From NCBI RefSeq assembly GCF_003704095.1, contig NW_020846063.1:1-64000 (forward strand): DNA of 64,000 bases. The letters are read 5' to 3'. The DNA is from Pocillopora damicornis (taxonomy: Eukaryota). The notes beneath the pieces are model-generated. The model was not told where the DNA came from and did not search any database. It saw nothing but the letters and a program-made list of their open reading frames with translations. The position numbers and the translations under genes are program-made. Shown in pieces: positions 60,891 through 64,000 of the stretch; the first letter of the stretch is position 1; each line of letters begins with the position of its first letter.

Positions 60891-63021
60891 ATGGCAGCGA
60901 GGAAATTCGTTGGACTTTTTATAATAATTTCGTGTATAACAATAGGTGAGTGTAATGAATCTTGATTTTCATGTAATTTTCAGATATCTTAATGGTAGCA
61001 CCTCGCAGAAAATATTTTCTGTTTGAATAGTAACTGCCTTCGTGTTTAACAACAAACCGGAGCCAAAATAAAGGTTATCTTTCTTCTATCGTTTACCGAC
61101 GCAAAATTCTTTAGGGGTTAGTATGAGGGAAACCTGGATTTGGACCCACAAGATAATACTGCCAAGCAACCCTTAAAATAATATCTACTGCCACTTAATC
61201 CGCTTTACGAAAGTAGACAATCAAGTTACGACATCAAAGTTGATTTCAGAAAAAACGAGAATCAACTATGCGAATATGCGTTGTAATCTTTCATGATGAA
61301 GAATTTGACTTGATTTATTCAAAAGGATGATATCTACAAACCAAACTGAAAAAATGCTTCTTTTCCGGTCGCCTCTTCTGAACTCCCCGCGGTGATTGAT
61401 GCGTAATGTAAAATATTTTTAACTCATACCACATCAACAACTGTGTGTCAGTCACGCGATAATTATAAGATCGTTCTTTATGAACAAAATTTTTTAAACA
61501 TAAAGCTCTGGAAGATACACTACCAGTTAAACAACACAATCGTTGAATCAAGAAGTGTTCTTATACAATATTGGTGATCAAGGTAGCGTCCTCGATAGAT
61601 ATAGCCCACGCTTACTTTCATTTATTTTAGTAAATGAAACCTTTCCGAGCGAGAATGAAAACTTGGGATTATTTTTTTCTTCATTTTTATGCGTTTGCCC
61701 TGATAGGGTTAGTGCAATAACATAATCCAGTATAATCTCAATCAGAACCAAATAATCCGTTTGGAAATGTTATCCTCGACAGAGCAATCGGGCTTAAGGT
61801 GAAGCGAAAAGTTCGTTTACGAGTTGATGACAGGTTTTCTTAGGAGTACGTCAGCAGAGATGGAAAAGATCGTCAACAGTTTCAAGTGTATTTACATAGG
61901 AAAATCATTCAGCCATTTTACGAATTTTTCACTTTCTGCGTAATCCTTCATCACATTTCTTTCTATTTATACGTGAAAACAAATCCAGAGTCTTTTGACC
62001 GAGACGAAACGCCGCGTAATGCAAGTCAGGAAGTAATCAATCTAAAAAAAAATGATTTCACTTTCGATTTTTGATGAATTACATGGGACTTTCGTGGCAA
62101 TTTCAGATGAGTGCATATACTGGTTAAGTTGCATCATCTGACTGAATCGCAGGATTGAAGTCTACTTTTTTCGATGATGTAATCAATGAAAATGATTGAA
62201 CGTATCAGCATGACCTAATAAAGATTTCGACTGTAAAACATTCTAACTGATCATGTCCGGTATTCTCAGGGTTAAAAGATGAGAAGGGAGGTGGAAGAGT
62301 GGAACTCTAATATGTTTCCATTAAATAGATTATTATTGTTATTATTATTATCATCATCGTTACGGTTATAATCATTATCATTATTTACTTTTATTATTAG
62401 TATAATAATTTTTATCATGATTATTACTTTTGTCATCAATATCACCATTTTTTCCCCAGTCTCCTTCGTCTTTACTCTCCGCTTCCTTCTCTCGTAGCTC
62501 CGGACTCTTTACCTGCCTGTTTAAGAACTTTTGTTGCTATACATTACCAGCACCTTATTCTTACCAAATTGCCTTTATCTTTTTGTTCTATCTTCATTTA
62601 CATGTGTCGCTACGTTTAATTTTTAGGATCTTGTCTGCAGTGTTACAGTTGCGTTCGCGAAGACAAATCAGACGCTGGAGAATTCTGCAAGTTTCCATCA
62701 TCATCTGAACTGGGAGAGAACACTATTGTCAACTGCAGTGAGGGTCAGAATCGGTGCATGATCACAAAAATGACTCAAGATAATAACGAAGTTACGCTTT
62801 TTAAGCGAGAATGCGCCAAAGAAGGAGATTGTTCGAACAGTTGCACAGATCCAGATGAACAGATGAAAGATGTTGTATGCGACTCCTGCTGTGAAGAGGA
62901 CCTCTGCAACAAAGGAGAAGGACCGGTACCTGAGGCGGCCAAAAAGTCAGGAGCATCGCGGATAGCAGTGATCAGGGGCCTATACACTATCGCGGGCTCC
63001 CTTTCGTGGTTCCTTTGGTAA
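60891..63021 (+). CDS. Ly6/uPAR three-finger-fold, probably GPI-anchored protein (CD59/quiver-sleepless-like), 2 exons
   Basis: Exon 60891-60945 encodes signal peptide MAARKFVGLFIIISCITI; phase-1 intron. Exon 62627-63021: LQCYSC...FC...NC...RC...FKREC...C...C...CDSCCEEDLCN followed by a spacer and hydrophobic C-terminus. Confidence 0.85.
62330..62428. repeat. Degenerate (ATT/ATC)n microsatellite
   Basis: ttattattgttattattattatcatcatc... Confidence 0.7.
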
Positions 63022-64000
63022 CTTTGTCGTGACCGCTGCCGTTTAAAGTACATTTAGTCTGCTCATGTGTTTGTTTATCTTCATGATGTGGCTTTTACCA
63101 ATTTATAAGCGTATGTCGGTTCAATTAGCTCTGTATTATTAGTAGATGTAATTTTTGTGATTGTGTGAGTTAACAGAATAGTGGGAGAAAATAGTGGTAG
63201 ATCAGCAAAACATCCCATCTGCCTCACAAAAAGGACGTAGGACCCTACTCTTCTTGATCATAGACATCCAGTTAACATGAATGATTTGTATGCTTGGTTA
63301 ATCAAGAGCAGCACTATAGAATAATAAAACACACCTATCAGTGTCTGTTGACGGGTTTTGTCATACTAAGCAACTTTGGGGGGGGAAGGGAAGGATCGAA
63401 AAAGATACAACAAAAAAATAGAGCGTGACACAAGTGATTTCTGGGAAAACCGGTTTAGACCGGTCGAGCGAGCACGAGGCGAGTGGAGAAAAGTGTAGAT
63501 GTAGACAGGAGAGGGCCAAGCGAATAAACACGTTGTAAAATACGCTGTATGAACGTCGTGATATCGTCGTGACATGAGCATTAGGTACTATTCGGCGTTG
63601 AATATATCTAGAGGACATTGCATATGCATGGCCGCGCGAAGATACGAATTTTATCTTTGGGTGTTAGTGAGAAAAGCGAACGAGTTAGAGATATCATGAA
63701 CACGAGGAATGATCAGTGTACCAAGGATTTAGATTTTCTTTCTTTTTACAGGATGTTGTTTATTTTCACAGGTCGTTGCTCAGCTGTGTAGACATTTGCG
63801 ACTGAAAAGAAAGTAGAAAAAAATTATAAACGGAAAAAGGTTCGTTACAATGATGTGATATTTGTTTAGGTTGAACAGCACAGGCTATTACTACTGGGCG
63901 CGAATAAGCGTAAAGTGTCAGTTTTGAGCTGAAGTGTAATGTTCTAAAATCGAACAAATTCGTTTCCAACATTTTTCCCTCAAGATAGACAGCCAGAGCT

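Overview
Eukaryotic, AT-rich, intron-containing animal DNA; the gene content and repeat types suggest a cnidarian, probably a scleractinian coral (inference). Hand-assembled gene models, left to right: part of a TSP1+SRCR-like gene (-, runs off the window start); an intronless CaSR-like class C GPCR (-); POLR1H/RPA12 (+, 4 exons); PNPLA4 (+) with a second, diverged but intact copy of its catalytic last exon; a convergent pair of paralogous intronless class A GPCRs; a roughly 22-kb BCOR/BCORL1-like gene (-); ATP6AP2 (+, 17 exons), head-to-head with BCOR 376 bp away; and a Ly6/uPAR three-finger GPI protein (+). Repeats include about a dozen ~210-bp TTAA-flanked MITEs, a MITE with an 8-bp target-site duplication inside an apparent BCOR exon, tRNA-derived SINEs and Penelope-like palindromes. 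There are two 100-N assembly gaps. Most interesting: (1) apparently swappable catalytic terminal exons in PNPLA4; (2) a long run of strictly alternating phase-0/phase-1 small exons in BCOR, suggesting serial duplication of a two-exon cassette, with one cassette hit by a MITE; (3) a BCOR-ATP6AP2 divergent pair that mirrors the human Xp11.4 arrangement. All exon models come from manual reading of splice sites and frames and need RNA-seq confirmation.
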